Both the position numbers and the translations under genes were made by a program. The notes below the pieces were generated by a model. That model searched no databases. It worked only from the letters and a program-made list of their open reading frames with translations, and had not been told where the DNA came from. Shown piece after piece: positions 10,099 through 21,997 of a stretch of 64,000 nt of DNA. How positions within the stretch are numbered: position 1 is the first letter of the stretch; each line of letters starts with the position of its first letter. This stretch comes from Escherichia coli (GTDB lineage: Bacteria; Pseudomonadota; Gammaproteobacteria; Enterobacterales; Enterobacteriaceae), in NCBI RefSeq assembly GCF_003334815.1, contig NZ_QOWO01000014.1; one strand, 5' to 3'.

Positions 10099-13000
10099 TA
10101 CGCCTCCTCCAGGGTCATACCGGCAAACATCTCATCCATCAGGGCAATCAACCCGGCGTTGGGTCGGGTTGTGTAAATCCCCTGTTGCGGATGTTCTTTA
10201 TCAACGCCACGCAGGAACAGATAAATAACGCCGCCAAAGTGGTGCTCATAGTCGTAATCAGCAATGCGATGGCGCAGATAACGATGCAGCGCCAGGGTAT
10301 AAAGCTGATATTGCAGATCATAGCGGTGTGCCTGCATTGCCGCTGCCATAGCCTGTTGGGTGTAAGCCGAACTGTCTTCACCCAACCAGTTGGATTTATA
10401 GTCGAGCAGGTAATAACGCCCTTCGTGGCGGAACACCAGGTCGATAAAGCCTTTTAACATGCCACGTACCTGCATGAACTCCAGCGGCGGGCAGCCTGCG
10501 GATAGCGGGTCAAACTGGCGGATTAACGTATCAAGCTGACTGGCGATAAGCGGTTCACTAATCGGCAGATAAAACTCCATCTCCACCTGTTTATTGCGGG
10601 CGGAAAGTTGACTCAGGCTTACGCCGGTTTCATTGAGAGGTGCCTGGAGGACAGCCGTGATCCACTCGGTCAATACCGGTTCCCACTGCGATTCAAAGCC
10701 GCCGAGTTCCAGTTTTTCCCGCACCCAGTTCGGGTCAACCGGCTGGGTAAAATCCAGGTCTTCAAACAAACTGTGCAAGAACGTCCCCGGTGACGCACCG
10801 CGCGGAAACTGATGTGGTGTTAACGTCGGTTCTTCAACGACGCTGGCAACGCCTGCAGCATCGACATCCAGCCGAGGCATCAAATCCTGGGCGATACCGT
10901 GACCACGCTGTTGCAAACCAGAGTAGCTGGTGACGCGCCAGTTATCGCCGGGCAATCGTTGTAACGTCTTCGCATTCAGCTCTGCTGTAGAAACATCATT
11001 AACCTGCCAGGGTTGGTTATCACCAGTTTGTGCCGTTTGCCAGGCAATATCATCATCGCATAACGCTTCAATACAGGTGCGAAGCCCTGCCGCATCTTGC
11101 GGTTCCCCTTTTTGCAGCAAACGCCCGAGCGCACTTTGGTGGACGTCGGTGTCACCTTTTTTATCGCCACGACGGCGCACCAGCGGTGCAACGCCGAGAC
11201 TGCAATGCCAAACCGAACGTGTCAGCGCCACGTAAAGCAAACGCAGATCTTCCGCCAGACGTTCGGCCTCCGCGAGGTCGACGCTTTCTGGCGCAGCATT
11301 AAGATCCAGAACTGCCTCAAACGAGTGGCGATCGTGATAAAACGCCTGCTCCTGGACGCGGAAATTGGTGATAAACGGCAGCCAGACCAATGGATATTCC
11401 AGCCCTTTCGATTTGTGGATCGTGACAATCTGCACCAGATGTTTATCACTTTCGAGACGCATTTGTTGGCTGGAGGCATTACTGTCTGGCTCGAGGATAT
11501 GTTGCGATAACCAGCGTACCAGCGCATGTTCACTTTCCAGCTGCGTTCCGGCTTCTTGTAGCAGTTCGCTGATATGCAAGATATCGGTAAGACGCCGCTC
11601 ACCGCCTGCCGTTGCCAGCAAGTTTTCAGCAATGTTACGCGCCGACATCAGCGCCCGCAGCATCGGCATAACGCCACGTTTGCGCCAGATTTGCCGATAA
11701 CCATCGAACTCTTCGACTACCACATCCCACGCATGTTCGTCATTGTTCAGCGTTTCGATATCCAGCGCGTTCAGCCCCATCATTGACGTTGCCAGCGCAC
11801 TACGCAGGGTGTTCTCACGTTCGGGCGTCATCACCGCCTGCAACAACCAAAGCATTTCCTGCGCTTCCAGAGTTTCAAAAACACTGTCGCGGTTCGAAAG
11901 GTAAACGGAAGGGATTTCCAGCAACGTTAAGGCATCGCGCACCTGGGCGGCCTCCTGGCGGCTGCGCACCAGCACACTGATGTCCGAAGCACGCACCGGA
12001 CGCGCGTCGTCGCCGTTCATCAGCAACGCTTCGCCCCGCTGTCCGGCTTGTAGCCAGTCGCGGATTTGCGCAGCACATACCTGCGCCATGGTACTTTGAT
12101 AATCGCCAACGCCGCAGCTTTCGCCTTCCATCAGCCACATTTTCATCGCAGGCTGTGTTTCACCTTTAAATACAAAACGTAACGCCTGATTTTTCCCGGC
12201 TGATTTCACTGGAATAAACGGTATTTCGCGAAACATGAACGCGTCATCAGTCTGGCTGAAAAGCTTATTCACGCTGTTCACCATTCCTGGTGCGGAACGC
12301 CAGTTGGTGTCTAAAGTGTAGTGGGCGTGAACTTCGCTACGCGCCTTCATATAAGTGAAGATATCCGCACCCCGGAATGCATATATGGCCTGCTTCGGGT
12401 CGCCAATTAGCAACAATGCGGTTTCCGGCTGATGGTGCCAGATACGGCGAAAAATTCGGTACTGCTGGGGGTCGGTATCCTGAAATTCATCGATCATTGC
12501 CACCGGGAATCGCGTACGGATCGCCGCTGCCAACACCTCACCGCTTTCGCTACGCAGCGCGGAATCGAGCCGACTTAACATGTCATCAAAACCCAATTCG
12601 CCACGGCGGCGTTTTTCACGCGCTACTGTTTCGCGGATCTCAGCCAATGCGCGGGTGATCACCAGATCGCGGATCGACAATGGTTCTGCAAGCAGTTGAT
12701 CGATCGCCTCAAACAGTGGATGTCGCGGGGTTCCCCCCCCGGCCTTCGTGCGATCTTCTAAGAAACGCTGGGAGAATTTTTCCAGCGACTCCGGCAACTG
12801 ATAACTGTTTGTCTCTTCTTCTGCCCAGGCGCTGATCTTGTCGATCCATTTAGCCTGATTGCTACGGTTAAACTTGCGTCGATCAATACCAGAAGATTCG
12901 ATCAGCGCATCCAGTTCACCCACTGCGTCGCGCCACTGCTGTTTTACCGTATCAATACGCGCCACAATTTGCGCGTGACGGGAAGCCAGCGTTTCATCAT

Positions 13001-13640
13001 CGGGCGGCGGTGCTTTGATAACCGGCGCTTCGCCTTGCAGATAACGATTAATATCGCGCAGCAACGCCTGCGGCCCTTTCCAGGTTTCAAAGACGACCTG
13101 GGCTATTTCACGCGGCAGCGGGTAGCAGTGGCGACGCCAGAAATCGGCGCAGGCCTGGTAGCGTAGCAGAGACTCATCTTCAATCAGCTGCTGCTCAAAC
13201 AGCATGCCGGATTCAAAGGCATTCAGGTTGAGCATGCGCTGGCAAAAGCCGTGAATAGTAAAGACTGCCGCTTCATCCATCTGCCGTTCGGCTAACAACA
13301 ACCACTGCGCGGCTTGCGCTTTATCGTCGATCTCTTCCAGCAGGCGTTCGTACAGTGGATTGTCGGTGGTTTCACGCAGACAGGCGATGCGCAACTCGTG
13401 GATATTGCTACGGATACGACCGCGCAATTCTGCCGTGGCAGCCTCGGTAAAGGTGACCACCAGCAGTTCTTCAACGGTCAGCGGGCGGGGAAAGGCGGCG
13501 GAACCGCCTAGTCCAAGTAACAGGCGCAAATAGAGCGCCGCAATCGTAAAGGTTTTGCCTGTGCCGGCAGAGGCTTCAATCAGGCGCTCACCCTGTAAGG
13601 GCAAGCGCAAAGGATCTAGTGTCTCGGCGACATCACTCAT
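10098..13640 (-). CDS. recB: Exodeoxyribonuclease V beta subunit RecB (helicase-nuclease, 1180 aa)
   Basis: ORF 10098..13649. Start taken at [32 protein letters not shown] (ATG 13640). UvrD-like helicase motifs and a C-terminal PD-(D/E)XK nuclease (GFIDLVF...YLLDYKSN). Confidence 0.95.
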
Positions 13641-16521
13641 TCTTTTCACTCATCAGGGGCATTGTTTGCTGCAACGCGCTGACGTTCTCCCACACTTTCC
13701 AGCCTTCAGGGTGTACATATTCGGCTTTCCCGTTCTGGCTGCCGGAAATCTGCGACAGAATAGCCATGCCTTGCGGCTCGACCACCGCCTGATGGAAGAA
13801 ATCAGCAAGTTTTTGCGGCGTCAGCAGTTTTATCTGGGCCACGATTTTATCACGCGAATCGAAGCGCATATTGCCGCGATCGAAATCTTTACTTAACTTC
13901 GATGCTTCTTCGCCGAGCGTTTGCGGTGCCTGCAGCATCTGGGTAATTACCGCCTGCTGGATTTGCGCAAACTCATCTGGCTTCATCGCTCGCAATTTTG
14001 CCTCTGCGGTTGGGAAAAACGCCTTGTAACGCTCCCACAAGAATGAAGGCTGTTTATCATTGCTTTGCAAAAGGAAGCCCATGCCCCACTGACGCCCCAC
14101 GCTCATTGGAAACGCAAACACGGCATAGCCCAATTGTTCTTCGGTACGCAACTGATTGTAGAACCACGGCTGTACGATCTGCCCCAACAGAGAGCTATAG
14201 GCTGAGCTGGTGTATTCATCGTAGCCAGTCGGTACAAATACCGCTGCCAGTGCGGAGTCGGTGCTGTTACCGGCTTTTTCAAAGATGACGGATTGTTTTT
14301 TATCGACCACTACATCTTTGTTTCGACACCACTCTGAACCATCAGCGCCCAACTGTTTTTGCACATCGCGTGCCAGCGTTGTTGCCTGGGCCTCGGTCAT
14401 GTTGCCGATAACCATAAACTCTGGTCGAGCCCCTGATTTTAAGGCGTCGCGATAGGCCAGCACCTCTTTCAACGTAATGGAGGGCAAAATTTTACGCCGT
14501 TCATCTCGCGAGAAGTACGGCACTTGCGAGAGCATCTGCGCGGGCATAATCGCCTGCTCAAACGCTTTACCCTTTTCTGCGGAATCCATCATCTGGTTAT
14601 ACCAGGACTTCGCCTGCTCAAGCTGATCTTCCGTAGCGGTATAGCTAAAGTACCCCTCGAGCAATGCCTGGAACAGCTGCGGCAGACGCTGGGTGTAACC
14701 ATTAGCATTAACCATAAGGCCGTTGTTAGCGTTGGTGGAAAAACTTATGCCACCAACCGACGCCTGGTTGCTTAACTGATCAAGCGCCAGCCCTGCGAGA
14801 TAATCATTGAGCGCAAACATCACCTGATTGCGGGCGCTGTCCATGGCTTTCGGATTACGCAAAATCAGGCTGACATCAGCTTTGGGCTCGCTGGCAAAAT
14901 AACGGCTTGGCGCATACACCACGCGCAGATTCGACTCATCAACAATCAGCTCTGGATGGTCGTATTTCTTCTCTGACTTAATCAGCGAGAAATCATCAGG
15001 AATATAAGGGTTAAGCTCTGGCAAAGAGAGCGCAATGTCGGCGGCTTTTTTCTGCCAGTCGGCGAAAGTTTGTGCGCTGATTTTATCGACCTGATACGGC
15101 GCATCGACAAAGTAAGCCGTTTTGTTGTGCGGCTCTTTCGGGCTGATATACCAGATACGCGCATTCTGCGGCGTCATCATCGCCAGACGTTCCTTTACTG
15201 CTTTAGCATCGTACCGATCGGCAATATTGACTGCATCCAGCGTATGCTCAACAGGAACGCGAATCATGGTATCTGCCAGCCATTCGACGTAATCCATATC
15301 ACGGGTGATCGACGGATAACGGAAGTCGATATCCAGCACATTCGCCAGTTCATCGAAGTATTGTTTATCAATGCCTTTTTCACGTAACAGATTGAGATAG
15401 CTAAAAATTGCCGCCACAACCTGATCGCGATTAGCCAGGCCTTTATCGGTTAAAGACGCAGAGATCGCTAATACGCCGCTGTTGCCGTTGACGATAGGAT
15501 CGGAGTTGGCGCTAATGCCCTCAACTAATCCCTGCTTTTGCAGCCAGTCAGAAAGTGTACCTGGGCTGCGATTGCCAATCAGATAGGTAATCAATTCATC
15601 GGTTTTACTACGGAACTTCGCTGAGTTGTTATCGATGCGAAACTCAACGCGCAACACTTTACGCGGCAGCGCAGGGACGTAATGAATGATAATGCCCTTT
15701 TGCGCGTCGGTGACTACCGGCACGGTGATTTCCGGTTTTTTGCTCTCTTTGTTCGGCACGCGACCAAAGGTGTCCGCCGCCATTTTTGCCAACTCCGGCA
15801 GCGGTTTATTACTGTAAATAACCGCCTTCATCAAATTGGCGGAATAGTACTTCTCGTGGAAATCTTTCAGCGCCTGCTGCACCGGATTACCAGGTTTGTC
15901 GCTTAAAGTTTCGAGGTTACCACCAGAAAACTTTGAACCGGGGTGTGCCGGGTTAATGGTTTCTGCGCTGACCTGTGCCATGCGCATCCCGTCACGCGTA
16001 CGCGCCATGGTTAATTCAGCGTTCACCGCATTACGCTCACGTTCGGCATATTTCTTGTCGAGCAAAGGTTCAGCAATAGCATCGGCCAGGCGGTCTACCG
16101 CACCAGGCAAGGCGTCGTTCTCAACTTCCAGATAGAAAGCCGTGCGATACGGCGCAGTGCTGGCATTGTGACTACCGCCGTGCATTTTGAGATATTCGGC
16201 CAGACTGTCAGCCTGCGGGTACTTTTTCGACCCCATCAGACTCATATGTTCAAGGTAATGTGCCAGCCCCTGGTACGCCTCGGGATCTTCCAGCGACCCA
16301 ACGGGCACCACCAGCGCCGAGAGCGATTTAACTGCCTGCGGATCAGAAACCAGCAAGACCACCATACCGTTATCCAGACGTATAGCCTGATACTGGCGGT
16401 TATCTTTATCACTTTTACGGATGGTTTCCTGAATCGGCTGCCATCCCGTTTCTGCCTGACTTAAGGGTGCCCAAAGGGCAACTAACAACAATAATGCTTT
16501 GAACCAGGTGCTGCGGGGCAT
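13633..16521 (-). CDS. ptrA: Protease III / pitrilysin PtrA (periplasmic M16 zinc metalloprotease, 962 aa)
   Basis: Signal peptide MPRSTWFKALLLLVALWAPLSQA. Inverted zinc motif HYLEH. Its stop overlaps the recB start by 8 nt. Confidence 0.95.
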   Translation of the reverse strand: MPRSTWFKALLLLVALWAPLSQAETGWQPIQETIRKSDKDNRQYQAIRLDNGMVVLLVSDPQAVKSLSALVVPVGSLEDPEAYQGLAHYLEHMSLMGSKKYPQADSLAEYLKMHGGSHNASTAPYRTAFYLEVENDALPGAVDRLADAIAEPLLDKKYAERERNAVNAELTMARTRDGMRMAQVSAETINPAHPGSKFSGGNLETLSDKPGNPVQQALKDFHEKYYSANLMKAVIYSNKPLPELAKMAADTFGRVPNKESKKPEITVPVVTDAQKGIIIHYVPALPRKVLRVEFRIDNNSAKFRSKTDELITYLIGNRSPGTLSDWLQKQGLVEGISANSDPIVNGNSGVLAISASLTDKGLANRDQVVAAIFSYLNLLREKGIDKQYFDELANVLDIDFRYPSITRDMDYVEWLADTMIRVPVEHTLDAVNIADRYDAKAVKERLAMMTPQNARIWYISPKEPHNKTAYFVDAPYQVDKISAQTFADWQKKAADIALSLPELNPYIPDDFSLIKSEKKYDHPELIVDESNLRVVYAPSRYFASEPKADVSLILRNPKAMDSARNQVMFALNDYLAGLALDQLSNQASVGGISFSTNANNGLMVNANGYTQRLPQLFQALLEGYFSYTATEDQLEQAKSWYNQMMDSAEKGKAFEQAIMPAQMLSQVPYFSRDERRKILPSITLKEVLAYRDALKSGARPEFMVIGNMTEAQATTLARDVQKQLGADGSEWCRNKDVVVDKKQSVIFEKAGNSTDSALAAVFVPTGYDEYTSSAYSSLLGQIVQPWFYNQLRTEEQLGYAVFAFPMSVGRQWGMGFLLQSNDKQPSFLWERYKAFFPTAEAKLRAMKPDEFAQIQQAVITQMLQAPQTLGEEASKLSKDFDRGNMRFDSRDKIVAQIKLLTPQKLADFFHQAVVEPQGMAILSQISGSQNGKAEYVHPEGWKVWENVSALQQTMPLMSEKNE

Positions 16522-16696
16522 TCACGGACCTCATAATCAACTTAATTTTCTGTCCAGATTCAACACGTTAACGCAAATCATCTGCCAGAATTTAATCTTG
16601 TGCTGCACGAGTCAGCCTATGTTTATATAACCATCAGTCCGTGACTGGTGCGCATCATAAAGTAAGCGGATAGATTGCGCAATTTTTATACAGCAC

Positions 16697-19600
16697 TCAT
16701 GACTGATTAAAGCGAAACAGCGGTAACAGGAAACGTTGCGACTGTTCAACGATGGCCTCCATTGTCTCTGGTGTTAATTGCCGCCAGAGCCTTTGATACC
16801 AGATATCATCACCTTCGCCACGCACCATCATGTTGCCTTCGTAAGCCTGAAGGAATTTCGTACGGGCTTTTTGCAACGTGGAATCGTCATCCAGCATGGC
16901 ATCGTTTTGCGCGTCATAACAGGTTTTTAGCCACGCGCCGCCACTTTCAGGTAACACCAGCAATGGCGCGGACATTCCTTCACGATACCCCTCAATCAGT
17001 TGTGAGAGGTAATGCAAAGCCTGTTCGGCTGCAAGCGGCGGAAAACGCCACTCGCCGTCTTTGCGTAGAAAAAGGCGACTTTCACCATTACCACCGCTGG
17101 CACAGTAGACAAGGTGTTCCAGCCAAAGTTGCATTCCCTGGGCCACACTTAATAAAGAGGGACGCCAGCGCAACAGGCCATCCGGCTGCACCTGCGGCAA
17201 CCAGCCAGTTATCTGCACACCGTTGCAGGCGAGATCAATTTCCATACTCTGCCCCGGCTGGCGACAGGCAATGACTCTGTCGGCAAGCTGCTGCATCTCC
17301 TGGCACTGTGTTTCCCAGAAAATTTCACCAAAAGCGCCATACGGTAAATCCCCTGCCGCTCGGAAGCGGCGGAACAAGCGTTCGGCATCATCCTGCTCAA
17401 CCAGTGCATTCAATAACTGCTGATTGATTTGATAACGGCTAAGTCCTTCCAGAATAAATGGCTCGGTGTCGGGGATTTCGCTGTCTTCAGTACGGAAGTT
17501 CACCTGCAAACGCATCTGGAAAAATGCCCGCACCGGATGTGCCCAGAATCGTTGTAGCGTTTCCAGCGGCACGGTTTCCGGTAAGGTAAACGGCAGCGGC
17601 TGAACAAATTCAGAATGTGCTTTACCAGCCTGGCTGGCCGCAGGTAGCCATTCACGAGCATAGCTTTGTCGTTCGCCTGGCTGGTAGTTTTGTGGATCAA
17701 ACGGCATCCGGGTATGGAGGCAAGTAAGATGCGCTTTTACCCTTGCCTCGCTTTCATCACAGTTGAGCGCTTCATCGCCCGGTAGATAATGACTTTGCCC
17801 GATGTAGTCGATCAGTTCCTGCACCAGTACCGACGGGAAACGCTCACTGTTATCCTGAATGGAACGACCGATATAGCTGATATAGAGTTTTTGCTGCGCG
17901 GAAATTAACGCTTCCAGGAACAGATAGCGGTCGTCATCGCGACGGCTACGGTCGCCACGCTTCGGTTTCTGGCTCATCAGGTCAAAGCCCAATGGCGCAA
18001 GCTGACGTGGATAAACGCCGTCGTTCATTCCCAGCAGGCAAACCACTTTGAACGGAATTGAACGCATTGGCATCAGAGTACAAATGTTAACCGGTCCGGC
18101 GAGAAAACGCTGGCTGATACGTTCTTGATCCAGACGCTGTGCCAGTTCATCACGCAATAGTGACAGCGGCACCGCGTCGCCATACTGCGCACCTAAACCT
18201 TCGGCGATAATCGCCTGCCATTGTTGTTCGATCAGCGTCATCGCCGCTTCGGTTTCCGCATCCGGCAGGAAGAAGGCGTTGAGCATATCGCGACAAACCG
18301 GCAACCACTCTTCCAGCGGACGCTCCTGTGCCAGCCCGCGACGCCAGATGTTTAGCTGCATTAGCAGTGAAGCCAGATGCCCCACCAGTTCTGCAATTAA
18401 GCCGCTCGATTCATCATAAGGTAGAACCGATTGCCACTCGCCCTGCGCGCTCTCCATCGCGTAGCCCAACAACATACGCGTCAGGCCAAATCGCCAGGTG
18501 TGTTGTCCGGTGGCGGGGAGTTCCAGCTCGCGAACGTTGTCGTCATCTATGCCCCAACGAATGCCGGATTCGTTGACCCACTGGCGTAAATAACGCAGCC
18601 CTTCTTCGGTGATGTCAAACCGCGCCGCCAGCACCGGCACATCCAGCAACGCCAGCACATCCTCTGACACAAAACGACTGTCAGGCAGTGATAACAGGCT
18701 GATAAACGCTTCCAGTACCGGATGTGACTGCCGCGCACGACGGTCGGAAATGGCGTAAGGTAGGTAACGATCCGCAGGTGCGCTACCAAACACAGCCTGA
18801 ATAAACGGACTGTAGCTGTCGATATCAGCCACCATCACGATGATGTCGCGCGGAGTAAGTGTCGGGTCTTCCTCCAGCATCGCCAGCAGGCGATCGTGTA
18901 AAACTTCAACTTCACGCTGCGGGCTATGGCAAACGTGGAAGGTGATACTGCTATCCAGTGGATCAAGCGGGCGTTTGTTATCGCTACGGGAAAACTCTTC
19001 GATGTTCACACCAGCAACGGCGCGGTTTTCCAGTTCCAGAATGTCAGACTGAATGTTATGCAGCAGGTTATCTGGCGTGACATCGACAAAGGCGTCCAGC
19101 TCCTGGCTGCTCTCCAGGTCAGAAAGGAGATAAATGTAGTCGCGCCCAAGCTTACCCCATGAAGCCAGCAGCGGGTTGCCGACATCCTGTTCACCATCGC
19201 TGTTAAAGAGCTGCCCGGCATTTTCGCTATCACGAAATAGCGGCAATTCGCGATCTTCAAAACTGTGTCGACGCTGACGGGTCAGCAGTTTCGCCAGATA
19301 AGCAGGATCTTTAATATCGCCCCAGTAATAACGGCAGGGGTTGGTAAACAGGAGATGGATTTCAATATGTTTACCCAGCGCCTGTAGCGCCTGGAGATAA
19401 ACAGGCGGTAACGCGGAAATACCGCATATAAAGACGCGCGAAGGTAACCCCGGCGGGCAGGTCGTCGCGGACTCCAGCGTTTCGATAAAGCGCTGATAGA
19501 GATTGGCGCGGTGCCAGCGCGGTTGCCCGAGTTGATGGGTATATTCCACCAGCGCCTTCCACAACGGGGCTTGCCAGGCCTGTGCTTCTCCCAGCCCTTC

Positions 19601-20065
19601 AACCAAATGTCCTGTTTCCCACTGTGCCAGCCAGTCCGGACGATAGACCAGATACTGGTCAAACAGGTCCGCCGCTTTTGAGGAAAGCTGGAACAGTTTT
19701 CGCTTGTCGCTATCGTCAGTCAGATAATGCCGCAACAGGGTAAAGTCTTCGCGCTCCAGCAATTGCGGCAGCAGAGTCATCAGTTTCCAGCTCATGCTCT
19801 GTTTGTTAAAGGCGCTCTCTTTGGGGATTTCCGGTAACACCCGGACGAACATATCCCAGATAAAGCTCGCTGGCAGCGGAAAATCAATGTTTGCCGCAAT
19901 ACCAAACTTTTGCGACAGGGTCATTTGCAGCCACTGTGCCATACCGGTACTTTGCACCAGAATCATCTCTGGTTCGAAAGGATCGTCCAGCCGTTCGCGT
20001 TCGACAATAAACTCCATCAACGCTTCCAGCACGTCCAGACGATTGGAATGGTAGACCCTTAACAT
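16697..20065 (-). CDS. recC: Exodeoxyribonuclease V gamma subunit RecC (1122 aa)
   Basis: Full ORF starting MLRVYHSNRLDVLEALMEFIV. Synteny recC-ptrA-recB-recD. Confidence 0.95.
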   Translation of the reverse strand: MLRVYHSNRLDVLEALMEFIVERERLDDPFEPEMILVQSTGMAQWLQMTLSQKFGIAANIDFPLPASFIWDMFVRVLPEIPKESAFNKQSMSWKLMTLLPQLLEREDFTLLRHYLTDDSDKRKLFQLSSKAADLFDQYLVYRPDWLAQWETGHLVEGLGEAQAWQAPLWKALVEYTHQLGQPRWHRANLYQRFIETLESATTCPPGLPSRVFICGISALPPVYLQALQALGKHIEIHLLFTNPCRYYWGDIKDPAYLAKLLTRQRRHSFEDRELPLFRDSENAGQLFNSDGEQDVGNPLLASWGKLGRDYIYLLSDLESSQELDAFVDVTPDNLLHNIQSDILELENRAVAGVNIEEFSRSDNKRPLDPLDSSITFHVCHSPQREVEVLHDRLLAMLEEDPTLTPRDIIVMVADIDSYSPFIQAVFGSAPADRYLPYAISDRRARQSHPVLEAFISLLSLPDSRFVSEDVLALLDVPVLAARFDITEEGLRYLRQWVNESGIRWGIDDDNVRELELPATGQHTWRFGLTRMLLGYAMESAQGEWQSVLPYDESSGLIAELVGHLASLLMQLNIWRRGLAQERPLEEWLPVCRDMLNAFFLPDAETEAAMTLIEQQWQAIIAEGLGAQYGDAVPLSLLRDELAQRLDQERISQRFLAGPVNICTLMPMRSIPFKVVCLLGMNDGVYPRQLAPLGFDLMSQKPKRGDRSRRDDDRYLFLEALISAQQKLYISYIGRSIQDNSERFPSVLVQELIDYIGQSHYLPGDEALNCDESEARVKAHLTCLHTRMPFDPQNYQPGERQSYAREWLPAASQAGKAHSEFVQPLPFTLPETVPLETLQRFWAHPVRAFFQMRLQVNFRTEDSEIPDTEPFILEGLSRYQINQQLLNALVEQDDAERLFRRFRAAGDLPYGAFGEIFWETQCQEMQQLADRVIACRQPGQSMEIDLACNGVQITGWLPQVQPDGLLRWRPSLLSVAQGMQLWLEHLVYCASGGNGESRLFLRKDGEWRFPPLAAEQALHYLSQLIEGYREGMSAPLLVLPESGGAWLKTCYDAQNDAMLDDDSTLQKARTKFLQAYEGNMMVRGEGDDIWYQRLWRQLTPETMEAIVEQSQRFLLPLFRFNQS

Positions 20066-20077
20066 AGCGGCTCCTGA

Positions 20078-20401
20078 CTACTGACGATTCGGGCAATGCA
20101 GGCGGGTCATCTCGCCTTCTCTGCCCCCGGGTGAAACTAGCGTAACGCTGATGCTGACACATCCCGCCTGCGATGTCTGCATTCGGTTGACCTGCCAGTT
20201 GGCAGGTGGCGAAATCGCGCGCAGTTGCGTTTGCTGCCAGCCATGCCGCCAGAGCTGTTGGTACTGGTTTCTGCTGGCAAGACTGTTCATTAATGTTCGC
20301 TGGAAACCCGATAACGCAGTGACAATCATCACCATCAACACCATCGCCAACATTACCTCCGGCAGGCTAAAGCCTTGTTGATTCTTCAGGGAAGCTGACA
20401 T
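20078..20401 (-). CDS. ppdC: Prepilin-peptidase-dependent protein C (pseudopilin-like, 107 aa)
   Basis: ORF 20078..20425. The internal ATG at 20401 gives [27 protein letters not shown], a class III (type IV prepilin) signal with Glu+5. Confidence 0.85.
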   Translation of the reverse strand: MSASLKNQQGFSLPEVMLAMVLMVMIVTALSGFQRTLMNSLASRNQYQQLWRHGWQQTQLRAISPPANWQVNRMQTSQAGCVSISVTLVSPGGREGEMTRLHCPNRQ

Positions 20402-20793
20402 AACGCCCTCTCTTTCAGCGGACAAAAATCGCTCCAGCCGCGTGGCGAAAAAACAATGTTTCCATCAATGACTTCGCCTGTTCGCCACAACGAAACGCCT
20501 TCATAACCGGCAATCAATAAGGCTTCATTATCTGCCAGTAAACGCAAACAAACCTGGGCATCGGTTTCAGCGTACTGCGAGCACTGAACTGCTGGCTGCG
20601 TCTGCCAGGAGTGCATTTTTCCCCACGCCAGCGCCGACTGAACGATGGCCTGGCGGCGCAATGACTGACTTTCCATGCTCACGCGAGAGGCAAAACTGCG
20701 ATCCTGTTGGCTCATTCCTTGTAATAGCAAACTACCCAAAACCAGCAGCATCAGGACCAGAGCCAGTGACGAAACACCCTTTTCGCGGTTCAC
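20386..20793 (-). CDS. ygdB: YgdB, pseudopilin-like protein lacking Glu+5 (135 aa)
   Basis: [25 protein letters not shown]-terminus. Overlaps both neighbours (ppdB stop and ppdC start). Confidence 0.85.
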   Translation of the reverse strand: MNREKGVSSLALVLMLLVLGSLLLQGMSQQDRSFASRVSMESQSLRRQAIVQSALAWGKMHSWQTQPAVQCSQYAETDAQVCLRLLADNEALLIAGYEGVSLWRTGEVIDGNIVFSPRGWSDFCPLKERALCQLP

Positions 20794-21353
20794 AGGTTGA
20801 ATCCTGTCACGCTATAGCTGGCATTCACCACGGTTTGCGGTTCAGACTTACTGGCAGCACGCATATTAACCGTCAACACCGGCGAGAAGCCGCTGACATC
20901 CTGACGTACGACCTGAAAAGTGTCGATAATGATGGCATCCGGATTAGTGACTTTATCCCAGCCCTTACCTTCACAGGATGTCGCACCGCGTAGCGTTTCC
21001 AGCACATGCTCCTTCAGACGAAATCCAATCTGGTCGGACTCTTTTACCGGTTCGCGATCCCAGATACCGTTACTGTTCGCATCCCACTGCACAATGACAC
21101 AGTCACCCTGTCCGACAATTTCCAGCCCTTCGCCGGTACAGATGCCATGACAATAACCCGCCCTCTGGAGATGCTTCGCGACGGTAAATACCCGCAGCCA
21201 GATTTCATCTTCCAGCGCCAGCTTACGGGTGCTCGTTAAACTTTCACGCTGTAACGCAGGCAGAAAGCGTGCCGCCCCCAGCAACAATACGCTACTGATC
21301 GCCATAGCAATCAACACTTCCAGCAGAGAAAAACCTTGCTCTTTTACAGGCAT
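20790..21353 (-). CDS. ppdB: Prepilin-peptidase-dependent protein B (187 aa)
   Basis: ORF 20790..21593. Start taken at [24 protein letters not shown] (ATG 21353). The upstream 80 codons overlap ppdA and are not expected to be coding. Confidence 0.85.
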
Positions 21354-21814
21354 CCTTCTGTTTCTCCTTGCTGACAAAGCCGGAGTCTTCCCCACGGCGA
21401 AACCACCAGCCACCACTCGCCCGTTGAGTTTTTGAAGCGAATATGCCCGGCCCATGCGGTATTGCGCAGGCCAAAGAAAGCAAGCGAAGGTGTCAGGTCG
21501 CTCATTTCGACTTCGGGCCAGCGTGGCACAAAGACCAATGGTGAACTGCCATGACAGGTATTGGCCCCAGCAGCGGAACTCACAAGGCACCATAACGTCC
21601 CCTCCCTGATAACGCTGATACTGTGGTCGCGGTTATGCCAGTTGGCATCTTCACGTAAATAGAGCAAATAGTCCCGCGCCTGGCTGGCGGTTTGCCATAG
21701 CCGTTGCGACTGCTGCCAGTATTGCCAGCCATAGAGTCCACTTGCGCTTAGCATGACCAAAATCAGCATCGCGACCAGCGTTTCAATCAGCGTATAACCA
21801 CGTTGTGTTTTCAT
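21344..21814 (-). CDS. ppdA: Prepilin-peptidase-dependent protein A (156 aa)
   Basis: [22 protein letters not shown] prepilin-type N-terminal methylation motif. Confidence 0.88.
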
Positions 21815-21949
21815 GCCGGCAGTATGGAGCGAGGAGAAAAAAAGACGAGGGCCAGTTTCTATTTCTTCGGCGCATCTTCCGGACTATTTACGCCGTTGCA
21901 GGACGTTGCAAAATTTCGGGAAGGCGTCTCGAAGAATTTAACGGAGGGT

Positions 21950-21976
21950 AAAAAAACCGACGCACACTGGCGTCGG
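21950..21976 (-). terminator. Rho-independent terminator downstream of thyA
   Basis: Minus strand reads CCGACGC-CAGTGT-GCGTCGG followed by T7 (the complement of the A-run at 21950-21956), 22 nt after the thyA stop. Confidence 0.75.
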
Positions 21977-21997
21977 CTCTGGCAGGATGTTTCGTAA

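Noticed and set aside
12733-12740. C8 homopolymer (G8 on the coding strand) inside recB, as a possible slippage or phase-variation site.
   Set aside because: The recB frame is intact across it (…[12 protein letters not shown]…) and recB is a housekeeping gene. I have no evidence of length variation from a single sequence.
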